Part shown: piece by piece, positions 38,180 through 51,144 of the stretch
Layout: every line of letters starts with the position of its first letter
Position numbering within the stretch: the first letter of the stretch is position 1
Made by a program: the position numbers and the translations under genes
The notes under the pieces: model-generated
The model's database searches: none
Seen by the model: only the letters and a program-made list of their open reading frames with translations
Told to the model about the DNA's origin: nothing
Assembly (NCBI RefSeq): GCF_009834535.1
Contig: NC_045697.1
Location: 61,320,001-61,384,000 of the forward strand
Direction of reading: 5' to 3'
DNA: 64,000 nt
DNA from: Camelus ferus
Taxonomy: Eukaryota

Positions 38180-38952
38180 GTTTTTAAATTTCTGTAAAAT
38201 GTAATACATAGTCAGGAAAATGCTAACATGTAACTGTATAACTTGATGAATTATTGTACTATGGACACCTGTATAGCCAACATTTGGGCAAGAGAAAAAA
38301 AATACTGCCAAGCCCCCAGATGCCTCTTCCTGGAGACAACACCCTTCCTCCCTCCCAGAGTTAATCTGACTTCACAGTTTTATTCCTTAATGGTATATTC
38401 CTAAGCTGTGTGGTTTTGTTTTGCCTGTTTTGAACTTTATATGAATGGAATGATTTATGATTCTTTTATATCTAGATTATTTTGCTCAAAACTATGTTTT
38501 TAATACTCTTCCATGCTGGTTTTGTGTATCTATCATTAACTTAATTCCATAGCTGTGTGGTATTCTAATTTATAAATACATTTTATTTTACTTAACCTTT
38601 CTACCAGAATACAAGGCATTTCCAGTTGGAGCTATTACAGAAAAAAGATGCTATAAACATTCTTATACACACATTCTGATGAAATTAAGCCGTCATTTTG
38701 GTAGTGTGTAAACTTAGTGAAACTGCTAGCTCAAAGGGTATAAATATCTTTAACTTTAGTAGATCTCATGAGACTGATTTCAAACTAATTGACTTACATT
38801 TCCACCAGGATTTTTCTCAGAATTCCTTTTGTCCAACACGTGATATTCTTGTCAACATTTGATAATATCTAACTTTTTCATTTTAACCAAATCTGTTGTG
38901 TATATAAGAGTATCTCATTTTACAGCTTGTATTTCCCTCATTACTTCTGAAG
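38180..38952 (-). mobile_element. Old LINE-1 3' region (L1ME-like)
   Basis: ttttgcctgttttgaactttatatgaatggaat, tttccagttggagctattac..gatgctataaacattctt, tatctcatt...tgtatttccct. Confidence 0.8.
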
Positions 38953-38959
38953 TCGGTGT

Positions 38960-39105
38960 GTGGGGTCGGGGAAGAGAGGGAGGATTGGTAATGGTGCCTG
39001 AGTGGTAGAGGACAGAGATGCTGCTACACATCCTGTAATGCACAGGATCACCCCACAACAACTATCTGGTCCCAGATGTCAATAGCACTGAAGTTGAAAA
39101 AAATA
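38960..39105 (+). mobile_element. hAT-Charlie MITE (MER20, 3' half)
   Basis: gtggtagagg.cagagatgctgcta.acatcctgtaatgcacagga...tatctggtcccagatgtcaatagcactgaagttga. Confidence 0.85.
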
Positions 39106-39249
39106 TGACCTAGAGGACACCCTGAAATTTCAGAACTATGAGAATTTGACCCTAAAATTTCTAAGCTCTTAGAAGCTGTACACATGGATGACATTGAGTT
39201 TGTGCTATTTCAGTTTAGAAAGAAAATTCATTGACCAAAGAAAGTGAAA

Positions 39250-39345
39250 CATCAGAACTGGCAGGAATTTTAGAAATCATCTAAACCATCCTTATTTGAT
39301 GGTTGAGGAAACATGAAGCTTAAAATGATTAAGTTATTTGCCCAC
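39250..39345 (-). mobile_element. MIR/MIR3 fragment
   Basis: agaactggcaggaattttagaaatcatcta...gaggaaacatgaagctt..atgattaagttatttgccca. Confidence 0.65.
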
Positions 39346-42300
39346 TTAGATATCTGCTTCCTTCCTTATGATAATGCCTTCCATTTCTAGAGCTATGTTA
39401 GCATCTTGTGTCACCGCAGTTCAATTTACTAGATGGCTTTCTGTTTCAGGGGGAAAAAAAAAAAAGATTGCTTCCTTTCTACATAATAAAAATCTCATTG
39501 GAATTCAAGACAAAATAAATACTTAGTTGGTCTTCAGTAAATGTTGCCTGATAGTTATGAAAGTGAACCATCACCATTGAGTAAAACAAATCCCTTTATA
39601 TTCTTATTCACCAAATTTGCAGTGAAGTGTAAAAAGCAGGCTAAAATAAACTTTGACCTCAGAAGTCAATTACACACATATGGATAATCAAGCTTCATTT
39701 TACGACTACCAAAAAACATTAACTCTCAGTTTAAATTTAATCACCTTTGCTCATTTTCAATATTCTCAAAAGGGCTTCAAATTGTATTTCTAAGGACTGA
39801 CTAGATAACTAGTATATAAACTAGTTTAATGTTTATTAGAAATATAAAGAAAAGCAATATCAAAAATATCTATCCTTGAAACATTTCTACGTAATTCCCA
39901 ATAACCTCAAATGGAAACCTTTAGGGGAAGAAGTTCCCCATCATTCAATGGATCTCAGGTTTTTAGAAGTTTTCTGCTTCTGGAAAGTCCATCCCCATTA
40001 ATGACTTTTATGTAGTAATTGAAACTCCTATTAAAACTCAAGAAAGTTCCATTTGATCCTCGATAAAACACATTTTTCCATTCTGACCTTGTTTGGGGAA
40101 ACTTTTCAGTAAAGCTTGACTGAATCATAAGCTCCTGACCCAACTTAAAGATGCCCTTGAGTCCACATACTTGGAGGAAACCTTTTATACAGCTCTATGT
40201 CCTGTTAAGTGTTATATTATGTTCTAAATGGGGGGGAAAGCAATGTGACCTCCAAAATATTTTCTTAATGGCTAAATCAAAATTACATACATTTGAAATG
40301 AGCTAACCTATATTTGTCTCATTTTTCCGCATGACCCTGGCCCTAAATGCAGAAGTCTGTTTGAAAGTGATTATCTAGTTTAAATTTATACTGACTATAA
40401 CCCACCCTAAGAGGTTTGTTTATTTTAATCATTGTGATCAGTAGCCTTCTCTTGCTGTCTGCCTGGAGAGCAGCTTGCAGTTATTACTTCCACCACTGAG
40501 ATCTGACACTGTATATCGTCTAAATGGGACAGATGGAGCCTGTCTAAGGTTGTGTTTCATCAGCCGTATCTTTGGCAAGCCTCCCACAGACATCAGAGTA
40601 AGGCAGAAGGTTGTCCGATCTGCTATTTATAAAAAATGATTTAATATTAAGTTACAAAATTCTATTGACACAATTACAGGAAAGAAATGAATAGTGTCAT
40701 ATTCAGTAATATGGAAGTTTCTCTGACATCATAAAACCATCATCAACCACTTTGTCCAAGCATCAGCATCTCACAAGCAAAAAAATATGAGAGTGAGACC
40801 CTCAATCCTATTAAGTAAGAAAGCATTTGAGAAGGTAACCAGGGTAGTGTTTTTTCTGGACTTCTTTCTTGAAAGAGCAAGTCAGGCTTGAAAATGATGA
40901 CTTCACTGCAGATGAGGCAACTTTCAGTGAGTAGAGTCACTGGTTCCTGAGTATTAAATCTCACAGACCGACTGAAAGCTAGAGATGAATAGTGACAATG
41001 GCCATACTAGACTATAGAGATGCTTTATTAGGTCAAGTTCTCTGCTCCTAATTTTTCATGGAAGGATGTGTTTTCAACTTCACTGTGAAAATTAAAAGGC
41101 CAGAGGAATTTTCAGACAAAGATTAAGTTACTAAGAACGTTGTGCAAAGCAATTGATACTGGTATAGAAAGGATATAAAAGCTAACTTCAGTCCTCTGAA
41201 GGTCTTCCACTATTTTGCATTTGAAGACACCTGCATATAAGAAATCACTCTGTATATCACCTCTCATCCCCAGTTTATTGTAGATGCCACTGCATATATA
41301 TACTTCTTCATTTTCAAAAATCCCATGTTATTAATTTGCTGCATCACTCAATTAGGCACTTAACTCAGGTTCTGTTTAGTGTAGTCCTGGAGTTTTTCAG
41401 GAGTGTATCATTTCTCTCTCTAAAGAGTAATAAATTCCTTTAAGGTAAATACTCTATTTAATACTATGTGATCTCCTCTATAGCACCAAGGAGAGAAATA
41501 AGCACAGTAGTAGCTATTCAAAGCATACCAGTAAAACCAATGAAAACTGAGTGATTGAATTACTTGAGTAGTGCTTAAGCAAATGTTCAAAACACAACAT
41601 ATTAATATATTTTAGTCTTGCTAGTTAAAATAAAAAATCAGGATGTAGAAAAGTTCTTATTTCTGCCACATTCTCTTTTATTTTTCCTTTCTGTTTACTT
41701 CATTATATTGAGAAGAAAAGCCAAAAGAGTTCAAAAAAGAAGAGTAGGTGAGATCAAACAAAATTAGACAACAGTATTAGGGTGTGACAAATACAAAGGT
41801 AATGGTGTACACCAGGCACAAGAGTGAGACAAAAGACGCAATGATCAATTTTCTTAGATGAATCAGAGAGGAAATACTTGATCTGGGTCTTGGGGCATCG
41901 GTAGCAATTCAACCATTAAGAAAGAATCGAAGTGTGATAACTCTTTCTGACTCTACATATTACAATAGATATTAAGATAGAGAAGGCATTAATGATTACT
42001 AGAAATTAATGATAATTTTTAAGAATCAGACATTAACTGAACTGAGAAGGAAATGTAGAAATTAAGTGTAGAGGTAGAAAGTAGACACGGCTCTAGTATA
42101 AGAAGCTTGATTATAAATGATGAGGTTAATTGTGGCTACTGTTCATAAAGTAAAGAAAGGCAACTCAGAAGAGCATGCACAGCACTATCTAATATCCTGA
42201 CTCCAAGTCACAGCTCTCATCAAACAATCGTGAGTCCCCAGATACTATACCCTTGATATATCCACTTAATTGTTACACTTTCTGATCTGGCAATCCTCAT

Positions 42301-42604
42301 TTCACATAGATGGAATCAATGAAAATATTTTACTAAAAGTGTGTCTGCAGTATTTATTGAGTTCAGCAAGACATAATCTACTGAAAAATTCAAAGTCAAA
42401 CAGATAAAATAGTTTATCAATATACCAATATCTGCTGAAAGAATTTATCTCAAATACTGGGTCATATCATGCAAAGAACAACTTTCAGAAACATTTATTC
42501 AATAAGGAAGCACCTAAGAAGCTTAAATTGGAATCCATTTCTAGACAAACATAGTTGAGCTTATGTGACCTGCAATGAATCAGCAATAGTTTATATTGCA
42601 ATAG

Positions 42605-42644
<40 letters not shown>
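42605..42644. repeat. (TA)n(CA)n microsatellite
   Basis: tatatatata followed by a (CA) run. Confidence 0.95.
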
Positions 42645-44894
42645 AACTCCACAAAAGATTTATTGGCATAATCTCCTACGGTACATCTGGCGCCTTTAGA
42701 TAGCTAATAGAACCGATTTACCAGGAATGACGTGTCAAAGCCGTAAGAGAAAATGACTCCTGCCAGATGCCACCTATAATCACTTTCTGCTGGTTCTAAT
42801 ATCTGTCTCTCTCTCTCTCTGGATGGCCTCAATCCATTCTGGCAGACACAACACAGAGAACAATATCAGCAGACATTAGAAATGAATGGGAAGTGTAAGT
42901 GAAAATACTGCGATGGGGTAGGTCACACTGCAAACTCAATACACAGAGACTTAAAAGCAGTAACAGCTTGGTTCCATTTTATTTAAATGGCATCCAAACG
43001 GTTTAAAGTATTTCATAATAAGAATGACTTTATAATAAGAAACTTGTTAATCCCACATGCAGGCTTAGAGTTTGTGGACTTCAGAGCTAAGGAGCACTCT
43101 GTCCTCGGCTTTTATCACTCTTATTCCTTTATTATTACAAGCGGTGACTGCATTCCTTACCTACTATGTGTCTACCATTCTGCTGGCACATGTAAGACGT
43201 ACACCGATAAGGATACTGACCCCCTGGAGCTTGACTTAAATCACTACAAATGAACCCACAGAGATGGGAGAACACCCGTTGTCTTCAGTCACAGGAAACT
43301 GTGGAAAAAGTTCAAGTTGTGTACACAACTACAGCGGGAATGCCCTGGCCAAGCCTTCATTTTGTGGTAACTATTCGATTTTCTTCAAGTGCTCTAATTT
43401 TTTACTTCCCTTCCTATTTTCTTAAAATACTCTGAAAAGCTCTTGAAATATTGCTATCAGCAATGAGTATTGGTTCTCAAAATTAAAAGGACAGTAAATC
43501 CAGAGCTTTGAGGTGTATCTGTACTTGAGTTTGTTGTCTTAATCACGATGTCATTGCCTTCCTCCAGACACTGTTTCTCATATTTATTTTTTGACAACTA
43601 CCCTAATAAAAGTCATTAGAGTATAAGCTCCAAGTGTAATATTTTGAAGAAATGTATTAAGCAAAATATAATTAAATCCTAAAGGAAAAAATCTTTTACA
43701 TTTATGACAAGGGCTCTATTTTTTATACTTTATTCATTCATCAGCCCCCAATCTTATCAATGTGCACTGAAAGATTGGCTCATGGGATAAGACACACTAT
43801 TTCAGTCCAGTGTTGTTTGGCATCTAGCTCACACTTGGCAATCCACAGGCACCAACTGGTTTACCTTAATAAGCCTTAAAAAAAAAAAAGAGACATCATT
43901 TGAACTTCACTGAGTTAAACTATATTCTTTTCAGATTCAGTTGCAACAATGCTGGCACCTGTTGACTGATGGGATGTTCTCTTTTCAACAGAAATCTCAA
44001 GTTGGACATTGTTTCGCCTGAAAATAAAGATTTATTAGGTAGTACCAAAAGATTCTATTATAAGAAGGGCAATCAAAGAGAGAGGTGGTTCTCAAAACGA
44101 CTAATTTATAGAATGATAATGACTCAATTTGTCTTCCTCCTGTGAGTTCAGAAGCAGAGTGGCTTTTAAGGGTAGTAACAGGGGCCTCATCTTTCAGTCT
44201 TTCAGAGTTATACATCTCAGTTCTTTACGATCCTGCTGACTGGGATGAGAAACAAGGAAAAAAAAATATACCACCTCATTTCCACCATAATTAATCCTTT
44301 ATTTTATGATTATTTTACTTTTAATGCTTCCTCTTTCTAGGTTACACAATGTACACGAATCATTAATGAAGCTTCCCATCTTGTAGGACTTTGTCTCAGG
44401 AGTGAGCACAAAAGTCCAAAGTGGGACCCAAATGCCAAGCCCAGTAGGTATGTCAGAGTGGACTGCAGAGGGGGTGGGTTGAGGTCAGACATAGACTGTC
44501 CTGAGACAGGAAGAGATGACGAGTATTAGGAGTCTGCGTTTTTCAACATCTGAGATACTGCTTTTTATACGCATACCCACAGTCTTATAATGTTTCCTTT
44601 ATCAAAGACTACATATATCAAAATGATTTTTAATAACGTAATGCTTTGGCAGGGCCATTCTGGAAAAGAGCACATTCTGGGTTTTTTATTAAAAACGTCA
44701 TTTGAAGGTCACAATAAAAATCTTTTGGGACAAGGAAATCACTGTAAAGTGAGAGTCTTTCTTACTGTCATCATTTAACTTTATCATGAGGTATGCCTTT
44801 TAGTGACACTTTTAGTGACACTTTTAGTTTTACATAATAGATTTAAATAAAGCACAAATAACACTGCACATGGCAGTTTTAGTTTTGAATTCAT

Positions 44895-45100
44895 TGTGTG
44901 CTGGTACAGTTCAGCAAGCTTACTTTGGAGTCAGACAGGACTGACTCGTTCTAGCTTCTTCACTTAGTGGCTACAGAATCTTAAGGAAAGCACCACCTTT
45001 TTGAGGGGCTATACTGGTCTCTCCCTGAAATGGTGTTGACAACTAAATGCGAGAACATACATTAAGCCCTTAGCACTGTGCCTAAACAGAGTCACAAAGT
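44895..45100 (+). mobile_element. MIR SINE
   Basis: actttggagtcagacagga..ctagcttcttcacttagtggct...aagcccttagcactgtgcct. Confidence 0.75.
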
Positions 45101-45254
45101 AAGAGACTCCCTGTGCTCACTTGTAGGTTTGCAGGTGTGTACCTGTGCATAGGTGGGGAGCAGCACCTTCATTTAAAAAATACTGTATTTTTTAACCTCA
45201 AAGAAGCAATTAATGCAAGCAGTCACCAACTTACTATTTGGATATGTTCTATAA

Positions 45255-45768
45255 ATTGGTTGTTATATCCGAAACAACAAATTATAACAAATTTAGTAGC
45301 TTAAAACAATATAAATGCATTGCCTTATAGTTCTGGAGATAAAAAGTCTGAAATGGGTATCAGTGGGCTAAAATCAAGGTGTTGGAAGGGCTGTGTTCCT
45401 TTCTGGAGGTTCTAAGGGGAGAATCTGTTCTAAGGGGAGACCAGCTTCTGGATGTCACTCATGTTCTTTGGCTTGTGGGTCCCTTCCCTCCACCTTCCAA
45501 GCAGGAACATTCCATCTTAGGACACTCTTCCAATGTCATATCTCCTTCCGACCATAGCCTCTGACTTAGCGGGAAAAAGTTTTTACTTTTAGAGATTTTT
45601 TTTTCTAGATTAGATCCACTCAAATTATGCAGGATAATCTTCCCATTGCTGTCTCCTTAACCTTAGTCACATCTGCAAAGTCCTTTTTTGCCATGTGAGA
45701 TAAGATGCTTAAAGATTCTGGAGATTAGGCTGTGGACGTCATTGGGAGGTCATTATTCTGCCCATGTA
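45255..45768 (-). mobile_element. MaLR solo LTR (MLT1C/D-like)
   Basis: aaatttagtagcttaaaacaa, agttctggag, gggctaaaatcaaggtgttgg.agggctgtgttcct, cacatctgcaaagtcc.ttttgccatgt, gggaggtcattattctgcc. Confidence 0.9.
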
Positions 45769-46062
45769 GTCATATGTTATATCTGATTGGAATTCAGAAT
45801 GTATGTCTCCACAGAAACAGCATTATACATTCTAGCTATGCCCACAGATTATTCACAAAACGTTCACATAATAATGTACCCCAACTATAAAAATGCACTA
45901 ACTGAACAAATAGGCAAAATATAGTATCAAAACTTATTTGCTGAATTTACCTTAGAGAACTGGTACAAAATTCAACAACTCAAAATCCTTGAGCTGAAAG
46001 ATCAGAATTGGGGTGAAAAGGATGGAGTACAGATGGGATTTAGAAACTAAGGCAGAAGGAGC

Positions 46063-46556
46063 TGTGAGGATTAATTGTGTGTCAACTTGATTAGGCTAAG
46101 GGATGCCCAGATGGCTGGTGAAACATTACTCCTGCGTGTGTCTGTGAGGGTGTTTCAGAAGAGATTAGCATCTGAATTAACAGACTGAGTAAAGAAGATC
46201 CTCATCATCTAATTCCTGGAGGGTCTGAACAGAACAAAAAGGCAGAAGAATGGTGAACTTTCTCTCTCTCTTCTTGATCTGGGGCATCCACTTTTTCCTG
46301 CCCTTGAATCTAGAATCAGTGTTCCTGGTTCCAGGGCCTTTGGACTCTGGAATGTACACCAGCGCCCACCCCCCACCATGGTTTTCAGGCCTTGAACTCA
46401 GACTGAATTCACCACCAGCTTTCTCAGTTCTACAGGTTGCAGATGGCAGACTGTAGGACTTCCAGTCTCCATAATCATGTGAGACAGTTCCCATAATTTT
46501 ATCTCTCTCTCTCTCTTAATCTCCTATTGGTTGTTTCTCTGAAGATCTCTAATATA
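46063..46556 (+). mobile_element. ERVL solo LTR (MLT2B-like)
   Basis: tgtga.gattaattgtgtgtcaacttgattaggctaagggatgcccagat.gctggt.aaacatta...ctcctattggtt.gtttctctg.aga..tctaatata. Confidence 0.92.
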
Positions 46557-46608
46557 GAAACTGTATTCTTTTCTACAGTGACCTCATTATTATCCCACTG
46601 CAAGTCTT

Positions 46609-47140
46609 CATAGAAGAACAAAATTTGACATCCCAGAATGTTGTCTCTGGCATAAGGATTATTTTAGGCCAGTTATTTTTAAGAAACAGAAGACTTGGGA
46701 AGTATTTCTTTTTACCTTCCCCTTAACTCCTTAAAAGAATTCAGGTAAAGGGCCTGGTCCAGGAAGAGGCCTATCACCAAAGATATCTACAGGTGTGGTG
46801 GGAGGAATTCAGCAGGCCTTGGAGACCGAAGTCCTTTCTGGCTCCCACTGTCTCTGTGTGGCATAGCAAACATTTGTTTACCACACATTTGTTTTTCCAT
46901 CTCCATATGAATAGCCTTCTTCCCCTACGAAGTCCCAAACACCCACCCGCTTCTCCTCTCAGACGGCATATAAGCCTCAATCGCCTGATTTGTCCTTGGG
47001 CTTTATTTCTCTAATAGACCAGTTACACATACATAATTAAACTTCATTTTCTCCTGTTAATCTGTCTCATGTCAGTTTAATTCTTAGAGCAGCCAGAAGA
47101 ACCTAGAAAGGGTAGAGGAGAAAATTTTCCTTCCCCTACA
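46609..47140 (+). mobile_element. ERV1 solo LTR (MER34-like)
   Basis: ggcataaggattatttt, catataagcc, ttttctcctgttaatctgtct, ends ttttccttcccctaca; 4-bp TSD TCTT at 46605-46608 and 47141-47144. Confidence 0.85.
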
Positions 47141-48762
47141 TCTTCCTCTGTCTCATTAGATGGCGGAACAACATGGTTCCGTTTCCTATGCCACCTCTGC
47201 TTTCTGCCAGAAGCTTCCCCACCATCCCTCTAGCTTAAGTGTAGGATATGGACTCACAGCTCATTCCTGCAGCTTGAAAATCCACTGTGAGTTGTCACTG
47301 TGAAGAGCAAAGAAAACTCAAGATTCAAAATGCTTCCCAGTATGCCTCCTCTTTTGCGCTCTTCTCATTTTGCTTTTACCTCCTTCCATTACCTGTGATT
47401 TCAGGAGACACAGCCCTGTCTTAAGGGAAATTGAAGAACCAGGAACCTTGGGTGGGTGAGGTTTCTTATGCAGTGGCTGTGGAGGAGAATAGAGAGGGCC
47501 CAGTAGGATGCAGACCAGTGGTGGGAACAGGCTACCTAACATTACTGATGATTTCTTGGTGACCCATCTTGCATAAAAAATAATCATAAATTTAGTTTGA
47601 TTTTTGAAATAACAGACTGTACCTCTATCATTTTTACAAATGAAATAGCTAAAAAAAAAAAAAAAAAATCAATGGAGTATTTAAAGTCGGAACATCTGAA
47701 TAGAGTCCACCTTCACCCTGCACCATCCCTTGGCTGACCCTGATGCCTTCCCTTAGAGGACTCCCAACCTCCTGCTGCTGCTGTTGCTAACAGTAGACCC
47801 TCAATGTCCTGCAGTAGCTCTGCATTCACTCACTGGTGCAGACAAGCCATGCTGAATCTGCATAAAATGAAAAAAAAAGTTTCTGCCCAAAATTGACTCG
47901 CAAATCATTACCCAGTGCAGGGTTTCCTATGCCACAAGCAACTAAAGGACCCCTGGGGATAAGGCCTTCCAGGTTCCACTTGCAACTGTTTTCTCCAGAG
48001 GGTTAGAATCTGGGGACAAAATTCTCTACTGAGCTCTCAAATGCCCCTTCCTTGGATGTGTGTAAGTCTTTCTTTCAAACATCCTCACATGAATTTGATT
48101 CCTGGTAAGACACATCTGAATGTACTGGGAACAGCCTGGATTAAAGCTAAAACTCCAACTACAAAAGGAATATACTGGATAAAAAAATAACATACTGGAA
48201 GTAGTGTCATATTTGGGGTGGTAGTGATGCTTTTTGGGATGGTAAGAGTTGGTGCTGTTTATCACCAACTGGATTCTCTTTTTGTTGGGACTTGTCACTA
48301 TAATATTTGGTTAGTTTGAACCATGAAGGTTCTTTGAGCACTGTTGTTACAGTCCAATGCTTTTTATAGTCTTTAATGTAATCTTCCTGTTAATTGACTG
48401 CATTCAGTTACACTCATTCAAATAAATATTTGCTAGTAACAATCATATGAAAGGCATACTCTTGAGGCCTTAGAAATCAAAAATTTAAAGAACTATAATC
48501 CCTGCCCTCAAGAAGGTTATAATTTTATAAGAAACTATATTCGTAAAACATACTAAAGTTAAACTACTTGAAAGATGTTTGTGTTTAGTTACACTGACAA
48601 ATAAAAATTGAAATACAAAAAAGATTTTAAAAATACGTTGTTAGATTAATAAAATGGGCTTTCTTAAACAATTGATGTGGAGGAATACTCTTTTCAAAGA
48701 GAAATACATGGAAAAGAAGCACTAAAGGTTACCCACAAACTTAAACTTGAGACTCCTGAAGA

Positions 48763-48834
48763 CAAGTGCAGACTTGTGTACAAGTTCAGGTGTGTTTTCA
48801 AGTGCAAGTTTGGCTTCAAGTGCAGACATGCATA
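48763..48834. repeat. Degenerate 18-bp tandem repeat, 4 copies
   Basis: caagtgcagacttgtgta / caagttcaggtgtgtttt / caagtgcaagtttggctt / caagtgcagacatgcata. Confidence 0.75.
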
Positions 48835-48870
48835 CAGTTCCCTGGATTTATTTATAAAAGCATCCTGCTG

Positions 48871-49573
48871 TGTAGTGAAGAATTAACTTTGTCCAAAGAG
48901 CTCTCTGACATTTGCCTTAGGCCACTGAAAAGTGAACTCTAGGCCCCTGGCCTGCCCTGCCTGATAAGAATGTCTTGTTTGCCTGGGTACTTTGGCCAAT
49001 AGACAATCTTACAGTGTGACTTAGGATAGGGGTTTTAGAACATGCCTCATTAGTTTTGATCTCCAGAGGAACTGGACACCAAACCTCCAGGAGGGGCTAG
49101 AAAATCATGAGAGCATGTGATGGAACCTCAGTAAAAATTCAGGACACCAAAGGCTTAGTGAGCTTCCCTAGTTCCTAGTACTCTGCGTACTGTCATACAC
49201 TGAAGCCAGGAGGAGGCAATGCTACCCCGGAATCCACAGGGAGAAGACAGACAGCAGCTTTGTATTTGGGCCCTTTCTAGACCTCATCCTATGAATTTCT
49301 TCCTTTGGTTGCTTTTGATTTGTATACTATAAAAAACTTTAATTGTAAGCATAGCAATTTCCTGAGTTTTGCATATTATTCCAGCAAATTATCAAAACTG
49401 ATAGGGTAGTGGAAACTACACAAATTTATAGCCAGCTGGTCAGAAGTGAGGGTGGCCTTTGGACCTATGAACTATGGCCAATGTCTGTAGTAAAGCCAGC
49501 TTTGTGGAGAATTCTGCCCTTAACATGTGAGGTATGGCCAAAACCTGGGTAGTTGGTTTCAGAAGTCACTGCA
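48871..49573 (+). mobile_element. MER21C-like solo LTR
   Basis: tgtagtgaagaattaactttgtccaaagag, cctgcctgataagaatgtctt, ggacaccaaaggctt.gtgagcttccct, ggtcagaagtgagggtgg. Confidence 0.88.
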
Positions 49574-50149
49574 TGTGTAATTTTTTTTCTTTATGGATCA
49601 TGAACAAGATAAAAGGCAAATAAGAACTGGACAGAATAATATGTCATTGTCAATTTTCCTAAGAATTACCAAGATTTAAGGTGAGAAAATCAGTCTTCTG
49701 ATTATGACTGTGACTTCATTCATTCATTTTAAGGTACTCCTGGTAATTAATATTAAATGTGAGAGGAGAAACCCCAGGTTCTTATTAAATATTTTAATAG
49801 AGCCAATCTGAAAAGTGAAGAAAGACCAAAGTAATCAGCAAAGTGATTGTACAGTATTGTTTCACCAATGCCAGTGATAGTCCTATGTATGGCAGGTTAC
49901 TGCCTTAGAAGAAAATTTTCTAAATTATTTTATTTCCTAATTAGCATTTAAACAATCAAGCCTGGGAGATCTATGTTCATGGAATTCTATCTAAAGAAAT
50001 CTACCAAGGTAAAAATGCCCCTTTGACCTGTCTATCTCAAGCTATGGGTTTTAGAGGGAGAGAAAGGAGAAAAAGAAACAGGAGTTAAGTGGTTATTCAT
50101 ATGTATCTTGATGTTCCCATTTCAAGACTTTGGCTAAGTGATAGTAGGC

Positions 50150-51006
50150 TGTATTAGATAAGTGTGGGTAAAATTAAGAACAAAGATGATAAGTTCTTTT
50201 GCCATCCTCACTTCACCACTATCTACTTTCACCCCTATATATCTTCAAAAAGATTATATTTCAGACTGACTCCTGACCTGGTTGGGTACAGACCTACCAA
50301 TTTAGTTACTGCAGTCTGGTAATTGTATCCAGATTGACACTCGAATGTCTACCTTCCTGGGTCACCATTTGGGCTATATGACTAGATGAGAACCAGGAGA
50401 GCCAACAATGGGGAAACTGAGTAGAGAACATACTAAAAGAGAAGATGGTTGTGTACTGAGAGCTACATAGCAGATTACCCACAGCAGGACTGAAAGAAAT
50501 TCACTGCTAAACCATTCAAGGAGTCTCCAGCTGGGGCTGGAGAAGGAAACTAGTTGAGTCAGACAGTGCCTCAGGATTACCATCAAGCCAAAAGATCTGA
50601 TGAGGAGGAGGTTTCAGCTACAGTGGCAAGAACATTGCCCAGACGTAAAGTGGACAAGAAACATTTCCGGGAGATCAGAGGAGTGAGGAGTCACTCTACC
50701 CAGTACCTCGTCTCTTCCATACTTAGATCACCCAAACCCCAAATATGACCTTCTAAAAGATAGATAATGTTGCGGAATACTGATGGAACTCTTTAAGAGG
50801 GTGGTATTACCTGAAGATACTATTTAAATGATTGGATTGGGCTAAGGCTTAAAAAGAATAAGAAATTTAGATTTTGCTTTTACTGTCAATGAGTGAAAGG
50901 GGCTTAGAAGGGGAAGAACAGATTGTTTACAACCTAAACAAAGAAGTTATATTTTCTCTGCACTACAGTATTGCAGCTTGGGTTCAATTTTGCGACCCAC
51001 TAAACA
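50150..51006 (+). mobile_element. Ancient LTR (Gypsy-type MamGypLTR/LTR79-like; tentative)
   Basis: 3' end gaagttatattttctctgcac...aattttgcgacccactaaaca resembles old eutherian LTR termini; 5' boundary uncertain. Confidence 0.45.
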
Positions 51007-51099
51007 AATGAATGCTTAATTTTGCATCTCCAGGTGCTGTAGATACATATACCCATATTTCATACATACATATATACAAATCACTCAGAGAAGAAAAAA

Positions 51100-51108
51100 T
51101 AGATAGAT

Positions 51109-51144
<36 letters not shown>
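51100..51144. repeat. (GATA)n tetranucleotide microsatellite
   Basis: tagatagatgatagatagata... run. Confidence 0.95.

Noticed and set aside
43969..44038. Exon-like segments on both strands
   Set aside because: Good acceptors but weak donors (gtgcca, gtagta); peptides not recognised
48763..48834. CRISPR-like repeat/spacer reading of the 18-bp array
   Set aside because: Constant part only 8 nt, variable part 10 nt, mammalian context and no cas genes
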